Below, piece by piece: positions 26,990-35,962 of a stretch of 37,839 nucleotides of DNA. This DNA comes from a virus, in the IMG/VR virus record IMGVR_UViG_3300045988_092680; one strand, 5' to 3'. The notes under the pieces were generated by a model that did no database searches, was not told the DNA's origin, and saw nothing but the letters and a program-made list of their open reading frames with translations. A program made the translations under genes and the position numbers. How positions within the stretch are numbered: the first letter of the stretch is position 1; each line of letters starts with the position of its first letter.

Positions 26990-26998
26990 ATTATAACA
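26990..26998 (-). promoter_or_regulatory. Extended -10 (TGTTATAAT) of the leftward repressor promoter
   Basis: Reverse complement of attataaca at 26990-26998, ~20 nt upstream of the repressor SD. Confidence 0.5.
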
Positions 26999-27020
26999 CT
27001 TTATTAAAAAAAAGTAATAA

Positions 27021-27038
27021 AACTTACTAAAATGATAA
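27021..27038. promoter_or_regulatory. Operator-like repeat copy 1 (aacttacTAaaatgataa)
   Basis: 16/18 match to the 18-mer at 27084 and 27331. Confidence 0.5.
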
Positions 27039-27046
27039 AAAAAGTA

Positions 27047-27075
27047 TTGACATACTTACCATTTTGGTATATCAT
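27047..27075 (+). promoter_or_regulatory. Rightward early promoter (TTGACA, 17 nt spacer, TATCAT)
   Basis: ttgaca at 27047-27052 and tatcat at 27070-27075; the spacer holds a partial operator, acttacc. Confidence 0.55.
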
Positions 27076-27081
27076 TTAGAT

Positions 27082-27101
27082 ATAACTTACCGAAATGATA
27101 A
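27082..27101. promoter_or_regulatory. Operator-like repeat copy 2 (ataacttaccgaaatgataa)
   Basis: Identical 20-mer at 27329-27348; lies just downstream of the -10. Confidence 0.55.
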
Positions 27102-27128
27102 TGTTTTGGAAAATAAGGAGGTGCATAT

Positions 27129-27332
27129 ATGAATACGTTAATGCTTGTTTCTAAACGAAACTTAAAAGGTTATTCACAACAACAGACAGCAAAAATGTTA
27201 GGATTATCAAGTGTTCAGTATGGAAAAAAAGAACGTGGAGAAAAAGACTTTAAAGCCAATGAGATTAAAAAATTAAAAATACTTTTTGATTTATCAGATC
27301 AAGAAATAATATCAATTTTTTTTGAAAAATAA
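27129..27332 (+). CDS. Cro-like / XRE-family HTH regulator
   Basis: GYSQQQTAKMLGLSSVQYGKKERGE; first gene of the rightward operon. Confidence 0.8.
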   Translation: MNTLMLVSKRNLKGYSQQQTAKMLGLSSVQYGKKERGEKDFKANEIKKLKILFDLSDQEIISIFFEK

Positions 27333-27348
27333 CTTACCGAAATGATAA
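27329..27348. promoter_or_regulatory. Operator-like repeat copy 3, overlapping the cro-like stop codon
   Basis: Exact 20-nt repeat of 27082-27101; a partial copy aacttactgaa at 27363. Confidence 0.5.
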
Positions 27349-27394
27349 GTTAAATAAGTATAAACTTACTGAATAAAATTAACTAGGAGGGACT

Positions 27395-27616
27395 ATGAAA
27401 AATAAAAATGATAAGCAAACTATAAAACCTAAAGTATCGATTGCTTTAGATTGCATACCTAAGAACATTGAAGAACGTAAAAATAACATTCGACAATTTT
27501 ATGATGTTTGTAATGAAGTAATAGAAGATCCCAGTTGTTTTTATACAAAGAAAGAAATAGAAGAACTAAAAAACAATCCGGAAAAGCAAAGAGAATTAAA
27601 TATTAAATTTATCTAA
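27395..27616 (+). CDS. Hypothetical early protein
   Basis: 73 aa, GGAGG SD. Confidence 0.55.
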   Translation: MKNKNDKQTIKPKVSIALDCIPKNIEERKNNIRQFYDVCNEVIEDPSCFYTKKEIEELKNNPEKQRELNIKFI

Positions 27617-27629
27617 AAGGAGAAGAAAT

Positions 27630-27875
27630 ATGGTATTTATGGAGTTTACAGAAAAAGATATTGAAAAATACATTGAAAAAAGAAAAAGATTAGAGCGTGA
27701 TTTAGCTGACGAGATAGCTTTTGGGGAACCTAGTAAAACTACTCTAAGAAAACTTGAAGAATTAAAAAGAATTATTGAATATGGAGACTTATTAAATTAT
27801 TCAAAAGAGTTAAAAAGAAAAACAGATTATTACGAAAATTTACTAAAACGTCATAATATCAGTTATTTAAAATAA
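27630..27875 (+). CDS. Hypothetical early protein (coiled coil)
   Basis: 81 aa, AAGGAG SD. Confidence 0.55.
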   Translation: MVFMEFTEKDIEKYIEKRKRLERDLADEIAFGEPSKTTLRKLEELKRIIEYGDLLNYSKELKRKTDYYENLLKRHNISYLK

Positions 27876-27947
27876 CGCTCTCACACTTAAAGGAGGTGGT
27901 TATATGTGAAATATCTAAATTAAAGAATCTAAAAAGGAGGTGGAAAA

Positions 27948-28196
27948 ATGAAAAGATTCATAAAAAAAGTTAAATGGTTAAATGTATTAGAAGCTTTATT
28001 ATTTCTAGGCAGTTTAGCCGTAATAATTCACGATTTATTTATGGTAACAGTATATAGCTGGTTTACTTCTCAACTTGTAGGTTGGACTTGGTTTGGATTA
28101 GCTACTTTTATGTTGGCAATCGCAATAGCTAGTTTAACTTATGAAGATTTAGAAGAAAAAGCTAATATTGTAGCATTAAAAAAAGAGAGAGCCTAG
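27948..28196 (+). CDS. Small membrane protein (two TM helices)
   Basis: LNVLEALLFLGSLAVIIHDLFMV and WFGLATFMLAIAIASL; AGGAGG SD. Confidence 0.6.
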   Translation: MKRFIKKVKWLNVLEALLFLGSLAVIIHDLFMVTVYSWFTSQLVGWTWFGLATFMLAIAIASLTYEDLEEKANIVALKKERA

Positions 28197-28271
28197 GCAA
28201 GATCTCTCAATGGAATATTTTGTTAAATATTCACTCCATAAGTATATCAAATTATGGGGTTCTAGTCAAAG

Positions 28272-28982
28272 GTGGTGGTAAACATAAATGGTAATTGGAT
28301 TAAACTTTTTACAAAGTTTGTAGCTTGGGAATGGTACAAAGACCAAAATACTAAAGCACTGTTTATTCACTGTCTATTAAAAGCTAATTGGAAAGACGGA
28401 AAGTTTGAGGGAAATATTATTCCTAGAGGCAGTTTTGTTACATCTCTTGACTCTCTTAATAAAGAATTAGGTTTGTCAGTACAAGAGATTAGAACAGCAT
28501 TAAAACACTTAATTTCAACAAACGAATTAACAAGCAAAAGTACCAATAAATACCGCATAATTACAGTGGTAAATTATGAATTATATCAGCAACATAACAA
28601 GCAACTTAACAATCAATTAACAGGCAATCAACAAACAACTAACAAACAACTAACAACAATAGAAGAATATATAGAATATAAGACTAAAGAAGAATATAAA
28701 AATAATAGTGTGTGTAATAAAACGCCTGAAGAAAATTTTTCTTGTCATTTGGGTTGTCTTTATAAAACTCTTGATTGCAAAAATTGTATGAAAAAATGGA
28801 AATGTCCTTTACCAGACGATCCTACCTTTAAAGGAATCAACGGTAAAACATTTTACGAATATGTTGCAGAAATTGAACTTAGAAAATTGGAAGTTGCTAA
28901 AGAGTTGGAAGTTATGGGAAACAACATTAACCCAGAACTAACCGATTATGATTGGCTTAATGATAAGGGGGACGAAAAATGA
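28272..28982 (+). CDS. Replisome organiser / replication initiator-like protein (GTG start)
   Basis: N-terminal domain WIKLFTKFVAWEWYKDQNTKALFIHCLLKANW...GSFVTSLDSLNKELGLSVQEIRTALKHL (Phage_rep_org_N-like); Q/N/T-rich linker. Confidence 0.6.
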   Translation: MVVNINGNWIKLFTKFVAWEWYKDQNTKALFIHCLLKANWKDGKFEGNIIPRGSFVTSLDSLNKELGLSVQEIRTALKHLISTNELTSKSTNKYRIITVVNYELYQQHNKQLNNQLTGNQQTTNKQLTTIEEYIEYKTKEEYKNNSVCNKTPEENFSCHLGCLYKTLDCKNCMKKWKCPLPDDPTFKGINGKTFYEYVAEIELRKLEVAKELEVMGNNINPELTDYDWLNDKGDEK

Positions 28983-29626
28983 ATCGTGAAAAATGGCTTG
29001 AGGAACGTAAAAAAGGTATTGGTGGCTCAGACGTTGCTTCTATCTTAGGTATGAGTCCTTATAAAACTAACGTGGAACTCTGGGAAGAAAAAGTCGGTAT
29101 TAAAAAGACTGAAGATATATCTCAGAAAGAATACGTAAAAAATGGAACTGATAGTGAGGATCCATTAAGAAAACTATTTGCTGTGGATTACAAACAATAT
29201 AAAGTATTACACGAAGAATACGAAATAATTCACAATAAAGAATACCCTTTTATACAAGTAAGCCCTGATAGTAGGCTTATAGAGAAATCAACTGGACGCA
29301 AGGGTTTCTTAGAAATTAAACGCTGTGAGATTATGAATCATAAACAGTATGAAAAATGGAAAGACGGTAGTATTCCACAAAATTACTATCTACAAACATT
29401 ACAGTATTTCTTAGCAGACGAAGATATGGATTTCGGTTACTTAAGAGCATATCTTATCAGACATTTAGCTGACGGAACTGTAATAAGAGAAATAAGAGAT
29501 TATGTAATCGCTGATAGTCGTTTAGAAGTACAAAACGATCTTGATTACTTAAAACCAAAGGAAATAGAGTTTTGGAGTTATGTTGAAAACAAGATAAAAC
29601 CACCACTACTATTACCACAGATTTAG
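28979..29626 (+). CDS. YqaJ-like recombination exonuclease
   Basis: REKWLEERKKGIGGSDVASILGMSPYKTNVELWEEK. Confidence 0.85.
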   Translation: MNREKWLEERKKGIGGSDVASILGMSPYKTNVELWEEKVGIKKTEDISQKEYVKNGTDSEDPLRKLFAVDYKQYKVLHEEYEIIHNKEYPFIQVSPDSRLIEKSTGRKGFLEIKRCEIMNHKQYEKWKDGSIPQNYYLQTLQYFLADEDMDFGYLRAYLIRHLADGTVIREIRDYVIADSRLEVQNDLDYLKPKEIEFWSYVENKIKPPLLLPQI

Positions 29627-29640
29627 AGGAGGAAAAAAAT

Positions 29641-30531
29641 ATGGAAAATAATCTGGAAACAAAAAATAATCAACAAGTTATTAACAGTTTAAAACTTGTT
29701 ATAAGTCCATTAAAGAAAATGGAAGCAATTAAATTCAATTATGAAGAATTAAAAGGAGGTTTACAAGAAAGCCTTAAAAAATATCAAAATTTAGTATATA
29801 CAAGTCAAAATATTAAAGAAGCTAAAGACGATAGAGCTACACTTAATGCACTAAAAAAATCTTTAAATGACGAAAAAATCAAAATCAAAAAAGAGTTTGA
29901 AGTTCCTTACAAAGATTTTGAAGATAAAATCAAAGAGCTTATAGAACTTGTAGATAAACCAGCTAGTGAAATTGATAAACAAGTTAAAATTTTCGAGGAA
30001 GCGGAAAAAGCCAAAAAACGTGAATCAATAGAAAATATCTACGCCGAAAATATTGGTTCATACGCTGACTTAATTCCACTACAACAAATATATGATTCAC
30101 GTTGGGAAAATAAAACTTATAAAGAAACAGATATTAAGAAAGAGATTCAAGATATTGTTAAAAAAGCTGATAACGACATAAAAGTAATAGCAGAACTAAA
30201 ATCTGAGTTTGAGTTTCAAATTAAAGATACTTATTTCAGAACTCTTGATTTAGGACAAGCTCTTGTTGAAAAACAAAGATTAGAAAAGCAAAAAGAATTA
30301 CTTACTACTATTAAGCAACAACAAGTAGAAGTTAAAGTTGATCCTATAAATAATATTGATTCTGTTGATTCTGTAAGATATGCTGTTGGAATTGATAATT
30401 CTAACGAAGAATCTACTTCAGTTGAAGAAAAAATGATAAGTGTAGCCTTTAGAGTTGAATGTACCGAAAGCCAATTAAAAGCACTAGGAGAATTTATGAA
30501 AGCTAATGGTATCAAGTATGGGAGGGCTTAA
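29641..30531 (+). CDS. DUF1351-like protein (conserved partner between Exo and RecT in Firmicutes phages)
   Basis: Position between the exonuclease and RecT; lysine/glutamate-rich coiled coil. Confidence 0.5.
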   Translation: MENNLETKNNQQVINSLKLVISPLKKMEAIKFNYEELKGGLQESLKKYQNLVYTSQNIKEAKDDRATLNALKKSLNDEKIKIKKEFEVPYKDFEDKIKELIELVDKPASEIDKQVKIFEEAEKAKKRESIENIYAENIGSYADLIPLQQIYDSRWENKTYKETDIKKEIQDIVKKADNDIKVIAELKSEFEFQIKDTYFRTLDLGQALVEKQRLEKQKELLTTIKQQQVEVKVDPINNIDSVDSVRYAVGIDNSNEESTSVEEKMISVAFRVECTESQLKALGEFMKANGIKYGRA

Positions 30532-30533
30532 TT

Positions 30534-31427
30534 ATGGCAGTAAAAAATAATTTAGCACCAACTCAGGTAAAACCACAAATACCAAAACAGACTTTTACAG
30601 ATTATATTACTCAGGAAAAAATTAAAAATAAAATAAATGATATGGTCGGAGGAAAAAATAGTCAAAGATTCATAACAGCTATTGTTAGTGCCGTATCAAA
30701 TAATAATGATTTAGCTAGTTGTAATTTTGGAACAATTATAGCGGGAGCTTTATTAGGAGAAAGTTTACAGCTCTCTCCCTCCCCACAATTAGGGCATTAT
30801 TACTTAGTTCCTTACAATATAAAGAAAAAAGACGCTCAAGGAAATGATTATTGGGAAAAAGTAGCACAATTTCAATTAGGCTATAAAGGTTATATTCAAC
30901 TTGCTGTAAGAAGTAATTTCTATCGTGATATTGATGTATTAGAAATAAAAGACGGCGAATATTTAGGTCGTGATAAAAATACAGGGAAACACCGTTTTAG
31001 CTTTATTGCTGACTATGAAGAAAGAAGAAGCAAAGATACTATCGGTTATTTAGCATATTTTGAATATTTAAACGGATTTACTAAGCAAATATATTGGACT
31101 AAAAAAGAAATGCAAGAACACGCAATAAAATATTCAAAAGCGTATAAAAGTGATAAAGAAAATAATACATCTTATTCATTTTGGACTACTAAGTTTGACG
31201 ATATGGCTTTTAAAACAATGATTAGACAGTTAATATCTCGTTGGGGAATTATGTCTATTGAATTGCAAACAGCAATCGAAAGAGATATGGCAGTTATAGA
31301 AGAAAACGAAAACTACGAATATGTAGATAACGAAGAACCTATAGTTCCTATAACTCCAGCGACTGAAAAACCAGTGCAACAACAAGATCCAGCAGATAAT
31401 GCGGTAGATCAGTTCTTTAATCAATAG
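30534..31427 (+). CDS. recT: RecT-family single-strand annealing recombinase
   Basis: QFQLGYKGYIQLAVRS, YLAYFEYLNGF...YWTKKEMQEHA. Confidence 0.8.
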   Translation: MAVKNNLAPTQVKPQIPKQTFTDYITQEKIKNKINDMVGGKNSQRFITAIVSAVSNNNDLASCNFGTIIAGALLGESLQLSPSPQLGHYYLVPYNIKKKDAQGNDYWEKVAQFQLGYKGYIQLAVRSNFYRDIDVLEIKDGEYLGRDKNTGKHRFSFIADYEERRSKDTIGYLAYFEYLNGFTKQIYWTKKEMQEHAIKYSKAYKSDKENNTSYSFWTTKFDDMAFKTMIRQLISRWGIMSIELQTAIERDMAVIEENENYEYVDNEEPIVPITPATEKPVQQQDPADNAVDQFFNQ

Positions 31428-31442
31428 AAAGGAATTTATGCT

Positions 31443-31640
31443 ATGTATATCTGTAATTTAGAAAAAATGAAAAAACATATTGGGGGCTATTTGGAAAATT
31501 TTAAAGAAGAAGTTAAAGAAGCTGATAAGCGACAGAAACTTGATAAAGAAACTCAATGTATTTGTAATTTAGAAATGAATTTTACTGAGGAAATATTAAA
31601 GTTAATTGATAAATATATCAGTAAAACTAAAGAATTATAG
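31443..31640 (+). CDS. Hypothetical protein
   Basis: 65-aa ORF in the operon. Confidence 0.45.
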   Translation: MYICNLEKMKKHIGGYLENFKEEVKEADKRQKLDKETQCICNLEMNFTEEILKLIDKYISKTKEL

Positions 31641-31661
31641 ATATATGGAATTGGAGGAAAT

Positions 31662-32102
31662 ATGAATAAAATTGAATTAACTGGACGATTAACTAGGGAT
31701 CCTGATTTAAGGTACACACCTAATAATCGCCCTGTCGCTCAATTTACTATTGCAGTAAATAGACGATATGCGAAAGAAACTGACGAAATAAAAGCTGATT
31801 TCTTCCCTATTGTAGTATGGGGAAAACAAGGCGAAAATTGTAAAACTTATCTTTTAAAAGGAAGTATGGTTGGAATAATAGGAACTTTAAGAAATCGAAG
31901 TTATGAAAAAGACGGAAATACACGTTACATTACTGAAGTAATAGCTGAAGAAGTAGAATTCTTAACACCTAAAAAAACAACTGATAATTCTAATAACGAA
32001 ACTATACCAGGAGAAGAACATACTCCATATGATTATCAAGAGGAGCAAGCGTCAATATATGATAATGAATTTCAATTAAATGACGACGATTTACCCTTTT
32101 AA
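31662..32102 (+). CDS. ssb: Single-stranded DNA-binding protein
   Basis: MNKIELTGRLTRDPDLRYTPNN...FTIAVNR; acidic tail DDDLPF. Confidence 0.9.
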   Translation: MNKIELTGRLTRDPDLRYTPNNRPVAQFTIAVNRRYAKETDEIKADFFPIVVWGKQGENCKTYLLKGSMVGIIGTLRNRSYEKDGNTRYITEVIAEEVEFLTPKKTTDNSNNETIPGEEHTPYDYQEEQASIYDNEFQLNDDDLPF

Positions 32103-32449
32103 TGATTAAATGTGATTTTGAAGATTATTTAGAAGTAAAAGAAGATTGCGAGTTATACAGAAATTTAGCAAGAAAATATTTAGCTTTAGACTTATCAGAT
32201 CCTAATTTATGTTTTGATGTAAAAAAAGAAGCTTGGGCTTTGGCTCAGCGTTGGAGCGATATTGCTAGTATGGCGAGTAAAATAGCACGACTACACGACG
32301 CTTCAAAAACAGATTTTAGAGATTGGGCGTATCAGAGATATAGACAATTACAATATATGCACGAAGACGCTCGTATGATGTGGAATAAAGCTGAAGAAGA
32401 ATTAAAGTTCATAACCAGATATGAAAAGTACGGAGTTGTTAGTAATTGA
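32102..32449 (+). CDS. Hypothetical protein
   Basis: 115-aa ORF, ATGA coupling to ssb. Confidence 0.5.
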   Translation: MIKCDFEDYLEVKEDCELYRNLARKYLALDLSDPNLCFDVKKEAWALAQRWSDIASMASKIARLHDASKTDFRDWAYQRYRQLQYMHEDARMMWNKAEEELKFITRYEKYGVVSN

Positions 32450-32802
32450 TTCGTTCTAAAAAATTAAAGTCTAAACGTGCTAAAGCTACTGATATAACTA
32501 AGCAAGTTAAGTTAGAAGTATGGGAACGTGATAAAGGGCGTTGCGTTGTATGTGGAAATTCCTATAACGTAATGCCTAACGCTCACGTTGTACCTCGTTC
32601 TAAAGGTGGTATGGGAATACCTACAAATATAGTTACGTTATGTACCAATTTTACCGAAAATCGTTGCCACCATTACTACGATAATGGAACAAAAGAACAA
32701 CGAGAAAAAATAGACGCCAAAATCGTTGCATATATGAAACAGCAATACGGTAATGATTGGAACAAAGAAGATCAAATATATAAAAAATATAAAAATATCT
32801 AA
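32446..32802 (+). CDS. HNH endonuclease-like protein (TTG start)
   Basis: CVVCGNSYNVMPNAHVVPRSKGG...NIVTLCTNFTENRCHHYYDNG. Confidence 0.7.
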   Translation: MIRSKKLKSKRAKATDITKQVKLEVWERDKGRCVVCGNSYNVMPNAHVVPRSKGGMGIPTNIVTLCTNFTENRCHHYYDNGTKEQREKIDAKIVAYMKQQYGNDWNKEDQIYKKYKNI

Positions 32803-32814
32803 GGAGGAATAAAA

Positions 32815-32991
32815 ATGGAAATAATTATAGTAATAGCTGGAATAATTATTTTAGTACAAGCTAATGAAATAAAAAGATTACACGATATAGTTCAGATACT
32901 AGAAACTGAAAGATATAACACTCGCAGGGTTATGTATGAAAACGGATTGATTCCAAAGAAATTCGTTGACGAATTGGAGGATCAAGAATGA
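32815..32991 (+). CDS. Small membrane protein (58 aa; below the ORF-track cutoff)
   Basis: AAGGAGG SD; MEIIIVIAGIIILVQANEIKRLHD...; stop overlaps the next ATG (ATGA). Confidence 0.5.
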   Translation: MEIIIVIAGIIILVQANEIKRLHDIVQILETERYNTRRVMYENGLIPKKFVDELEDQE

Positions 32992-33389
32992 GAAAGAAAT
33001 TATTAAAAATAGTTAATCATTATGGAATACGTAAACAGACAAAATATTTAATGTCGGAAATATATGAGTTAGTTGAGGCTATTGTTGAAAAAGAAGAATC
33101 AAAGAAAGACGCAATAAAAAATATGTGTGATATTTTACGTAGAGCATTTTCGACAGAATACAAGGACATCTATAAAGACCATATTGCTGAAGAAATATCA
33201 GATTGTTATGTTCTTATAGAACAAATAAGAAATTATTACAATATATCAATATCTGATTTAAAAGAAATAATGACTTTAAAAATTGATAGACAGTTAATGA
33301 GAATAAATGCAGAAGAATCCGGCAAAATGCTTGACGAAATAACAAGATATGCAAAAGAACACGGAGGTAATGAAAATGGCAATAACTGA
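32988..33389 (+). CDS. MazG-like all-alpha nucleotide pyrophosphohydrolase (tentative)
   Basis: KYLMSEIYELVEAI...HIAEEISDCYVLIEQI pattern. Confidence 0.45.
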   Translation: MRKKLLKIVNHYGIRKQTKYLMSEIYELVEAIVEKEESKKDAIKNMCDILRRAFSTEYKDIYKDHIAEEISDCYVLIEQIRNYYNISISDLKEIMTLKIDRQLMRINAEESGKMLDEITRYAKEHGGNENGNN

Positions 33390-33582
33390 CTTAATAGCTA
33401 CAATTTTTATCTCTCTGTTAGTATTTGTTTTAGTAATCAGTTATTTCATAATTAAATTTAAAGTTGTTGATTATGAAACGGAAATACAAAAAAATCAGAA
33501 AGAAATTAGAGATTTAAACGAAAAAATATCAAAATTAAAAGCAAGAAAGCCGAGAAAAAAGGAAATTAAAAAAAGTGTCTAA
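33376..33582 (+). CDS. Small membrane protein
   Basis: GGAGG 8 nt before the ATG at 33376; TM helix LIATIFISLLVFVLVISYFII. Confidence 0.5.
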   Translation: MAITDLIATIFISLLVFVLVISYFIIKFKVVDYETEIQKNQKEIRDLNEKISKLKARKPRKKEIKKSV

Positions 33583-33856
33583 AGAATATTTGCAATTAGA
33601 TATATTCGGAGAAGCTAAACCCTTAAGTGAAGTAATTAGTAGCACAAAACCCTTATTGCACGGAGGCAGAATAACTAAAAAAAGTTTATTTAGAAGTATA
33701 AATGGTTATAAGAATGGATTTTATTGTAAAAATTGTAAGCATTTTAAAGAATTAAGATGTAATAGAAAGTATTTTAAGTGTGAGATTCTTGGAATAACAT
33801 CTTCTGAAGCTACTGATATAAGAAAGAATGATATAGCTTGTAATTTATATGAATGA
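33575..33856 (+). CDS. Cys-rich (zinc-ribbon-like) hypothetical protein (GTG start)
   Basis: CKNCKHFKELRCNRKYFKCE. Confidence 0.45.
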   Translation: MSKEYLQLDIFGEAKPLSEVISSTKPLLHGGRITKKSLFRSINGYKNGFYCKNCKHFKELRCNRKYFKCEILGITSSEATDIRKNDIACNLYE

Positions 33857-34385
33857 AATATGGAAAACGATTGATTATGACACACGTTATCAAGTGTCAA
33901 ATTGGGGAAGATTTAGAAAAAGGAATCTTAAAAATGGTTACAGATATTTAAAACCATTTAGAAAGAAAAATTTATTCCAGGTAAAAATCAAAGATAAAGA
34001 TTTTAATTGTGCTAGATTAGTTGCTAATGCTTTTATTCAACCTCTTACTACTAAAGATAGAGTTTATCATAAGAATAAAATTGTAAGTGATAATTATTAT
34101 AGAAATTTAGAGGTCATAGGATTACGAGAACTAGGAAAAAGAACAGGACACATATCTAAGTCTCAACGTGTGGTTGAAATTAAAGGTAATGAGATAGTAA
34201 GGGATTGGGCTTCAGCCAGAAAAGCTAGTAAAGATTTATTTATATCTTATCAAACAGTTATGGATTATTGTAATAAAAAAGTTAAAAAACCTATGTATAA
34301 CTTGATGTGGGAAGAAGATTATTTTGATATAGTCTTGGAACCATTTAGTTGGGAACATAAAAAAAATAAAAAATTGGAGGATTAA
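33849..34385 (+). CDS. NUMOD4 / HNH_3-type homing-endonuclease-like protein
   Basis: EIWKTIDYDTRYQVSNWGRFRK (NUMOD4-like) and VYHKNKIVSDNYYRNLEVI. Confidence 0.6.
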   Translation: MNEIWKTIDYDTRYQVSNWGRFRKRNLKNGYRYLKPFRKKNLFQVKIKDKDFNCARLVANAFIQPLTTKDRVYHKNKIVSDNYYRNLEVIGLRELGKRTGHISKSQRVVEIKGNEIVRDWASARKASKDLFISYQTVMDYCNKKVKKPMYNLMWEEDYFDIVLEPFSWEHKKNKKLED

Positions 34386-34387
34386 GT

Positions 34388-34642
34388 ATGAAATACGTTA
34401 ATATAACAAATGCTGATATTATTCAATCTATGAATAATGATACAAAACATAATTTTGCTAATTATTGTATTGCAAATAAAGTAGAACCTGAAGAAATATT
34501 AGAACCAATAAAAAATATAGCTAATGGTGTTATAAATTTATCAATAAAGATGTGTAATGAATATTTTAAAACTCCAGCAGGTAAAGAATATTTACAAATG
34601 AGAGAAAAAATCGAAAAAATCGGAGGTAATCAATGGAAGTAA
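34388..34642 (+). CDS. Hypothetical protein
   Basis: 84-aa ORF with GGAGG SD. Confidence 0.5.
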   Translation: MKYVNITNADIIQSMNNDTKHNFANYCIANKVEPEEILEPIKNIANGVINLSIKMCNEYFKTPAGKEYLQMREKIEKIGGNQWK

Positions 34643-34875
34643 TTAAAAAAAATGATATGAAGTTAATATTTACGATATATGTCGGAGAAGCTAAAGACGA
34701 AAATGGAAACTTATTGTGTGAATTAAGGACTACTCAACATTATTCTCCTGTAATAGTATTTCCAGACGGAGATATGGTAATTATGAATTGGACTGATATA
34801 TATGATATAGCTAAAGCTAAAAAGAATGAAAATTCGGAGGTGCAAAATGAAAGCAATAAAGACACCAACAACTAA
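34633..34875 (+). CDS. Hypothetical protein
   Basis: 80-aa ORF, overlapping start. Confidence 0.5.
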   Translation: MEVIKKNDMKLIFTIYVGEAKDENGNLLCELRTTQHYSPVIVFPDGDMVIMNWTDIYDIAKAKKNENSEVQNESNKDTNN

Positions 34876-35095
34876 TCGAATATATGTGGCTGACGGTTGC
34901 AATGATTTACCAGCTACCGTTCACAAAATTGGTAATGATACTTATACAGAAGCTTGTTTTTCACTTACGCCAGAAGAAATATCACAAATAATATATTCCA
35001 GAAAGATATACTTCTCTGTTTTAGGAGATACGATTATACCAATGATGTTGCATACCGAGAGTTATGTAAAAAAGGAAACGGAGGTACAAGAATGA
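34847..35095 (+). CDS. Hypothetical protein
   Basis: GGAGG SD before the ATG at 34847 (ORF opens at 34826). Confidence 0.5.
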   Translation: MKAIKTPTTNRIYVADGCNDLPATVHKIGNDTYTEACFSLTPEEISQIIYSRKIYFSVLGDTIIPMMLHTESYVKKETEVQE

Positions 35096-35463
35096 TATTA
35101 AGATACAATAAAAACCTATATGACGAGGTTATAAATGGAAGCGAAACATATAAAGCTATTGCTACAAATATAAAAAAAGGTTTTAGTACATTTATAAGTT
35201 GGACTGATAATGATTCTACTCACTATGACGTGTTATTTACCTATGGTTGTGTCGGAAGTGGTGGTTATCAGCGTGGATTACGAGTAACGGATCTATTTAT
35301 TAGTGTAATGAGTATTGGAAGTTTTGGTTTTAAAATTGACGATATGAAAAGTGCTGGTTATATAGCAGAAAAAATATTTCACGGAAGATTAGATAAAAGT
35401 GTTGTAGCTCTTACAGAGTTGATAAATGGTGTATTAAATGAATTAAATAAGGAGGAAGAATAA
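35092..35463 (+). CDS. Hypothetical protein
   Basis: GGAGG SD before the ATG at 35092 (ORF opens at 34954, overlapping the previous gene). Confidence 0.5.
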   Translation: MILRYNKNLYDEVINGSETYKAIATNIKKGFSTFISWTDNDSTHYDVLFTYGCVGSGGYQRGLRVTDLFISVMSIGSFGFKIDDMKSAGYIAEKIFHGRLDKSVVALTELINGVLNELNKEEE

Positions 35464-35621
35464 TGATAATAGAATTATTTAAAATTATAGCAATTATAGT
35501 TTTAGCAATAATTGCAATCATACTACTCGCTTTTTTAGGCTGTTGTATTAAAGCTTTTTGGACTTGTAATATACCTAAAAAAAAGGATTATGGCTATAAA
35601 AAAACGAGGTTAAGAAAATGA
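35463..35621 (+). CDS. Small membrane protein (52 aa; below the ORF-track cutoff)
   Basis: MIIELFKIIAIIVLAIIAIILLAFLGCCIKAFW...; ATGA couplings at both ends. Confidence 0.5.
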   Translation: MIIELFKIIAIIVLAIIAIILLAFLGCCIKAFWTCNIPKKKDYGYKKTRLRK

Positions 35622-35959
35622 TTGATACGGAAGATTTAACAAGTTATTACCCAGGGTATGACGAATATTGCGAACCCAGGGAAAATCAGGGGGACGAGGA
35701 AGATTTTGATATAGACGCCATTATTGACGAGAGGAGATTACAAGAAATGGAAGAAAAAGAATCAAAATTAACTAAGGAAATAGTTTTATTCAATGTTGTA
35801 TATAAACAAGGAGAAAAAGACGGAATATTTGACTTATGCACTTATCATAATGAATTTTTAGAAAGAATTTGTAAGGAAGATAAGTCAACGTTTATAGCTA
35901 TTAAACAAACTATATATAAAAGTTTGGAGAATATAGAAAATAAAGCAAAGGAGGAATAA
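35618..35959 (+). CDS. Hypothetical acidic protein
   Basis: 113 aa; C-terminal half resembles the next ORF. Confidence 0.5.
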   Translation: MIDTEDLTSYYPGYDEYCEPRENQGDEEDFDIDAIIDERRLQEMEEKESKLTKEIVLFNVVYKQGEKDGIFDLCTYHNEFLERICKEDKSTFIAIKQTIYKSLENIENKAKEE

Positions 35960-35962
35960 GAA

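Noticed and set aside
27888-27950. Start-stop mini-ORF (ATG TGA at 27904-27909) behind a duplicated AAAGGAGGTGG SD, 44 nt before the real SD and ATG of 27948..28196
   Set aside because: It is probably a local duplication of the ribosome-binding region. It could modulate translation, but there is nothing in the sequence alone to support a function.
3381-31424. Other short antisense ORFs in the track (3381..3635, 4472..4669, 7604..7846, 11192..11374, 13850..14044, 16209..16409, 19855..20037, 22478..22711, 24907..25176, 26368..26571, 26585..26785, 28367..28558, 30231..30515, 31230..31424)
   Set aside because: Each is embedded antisense in a longer, functionally coherent CDS, lacks an SD, and has an AT-rich low-complexity translation.
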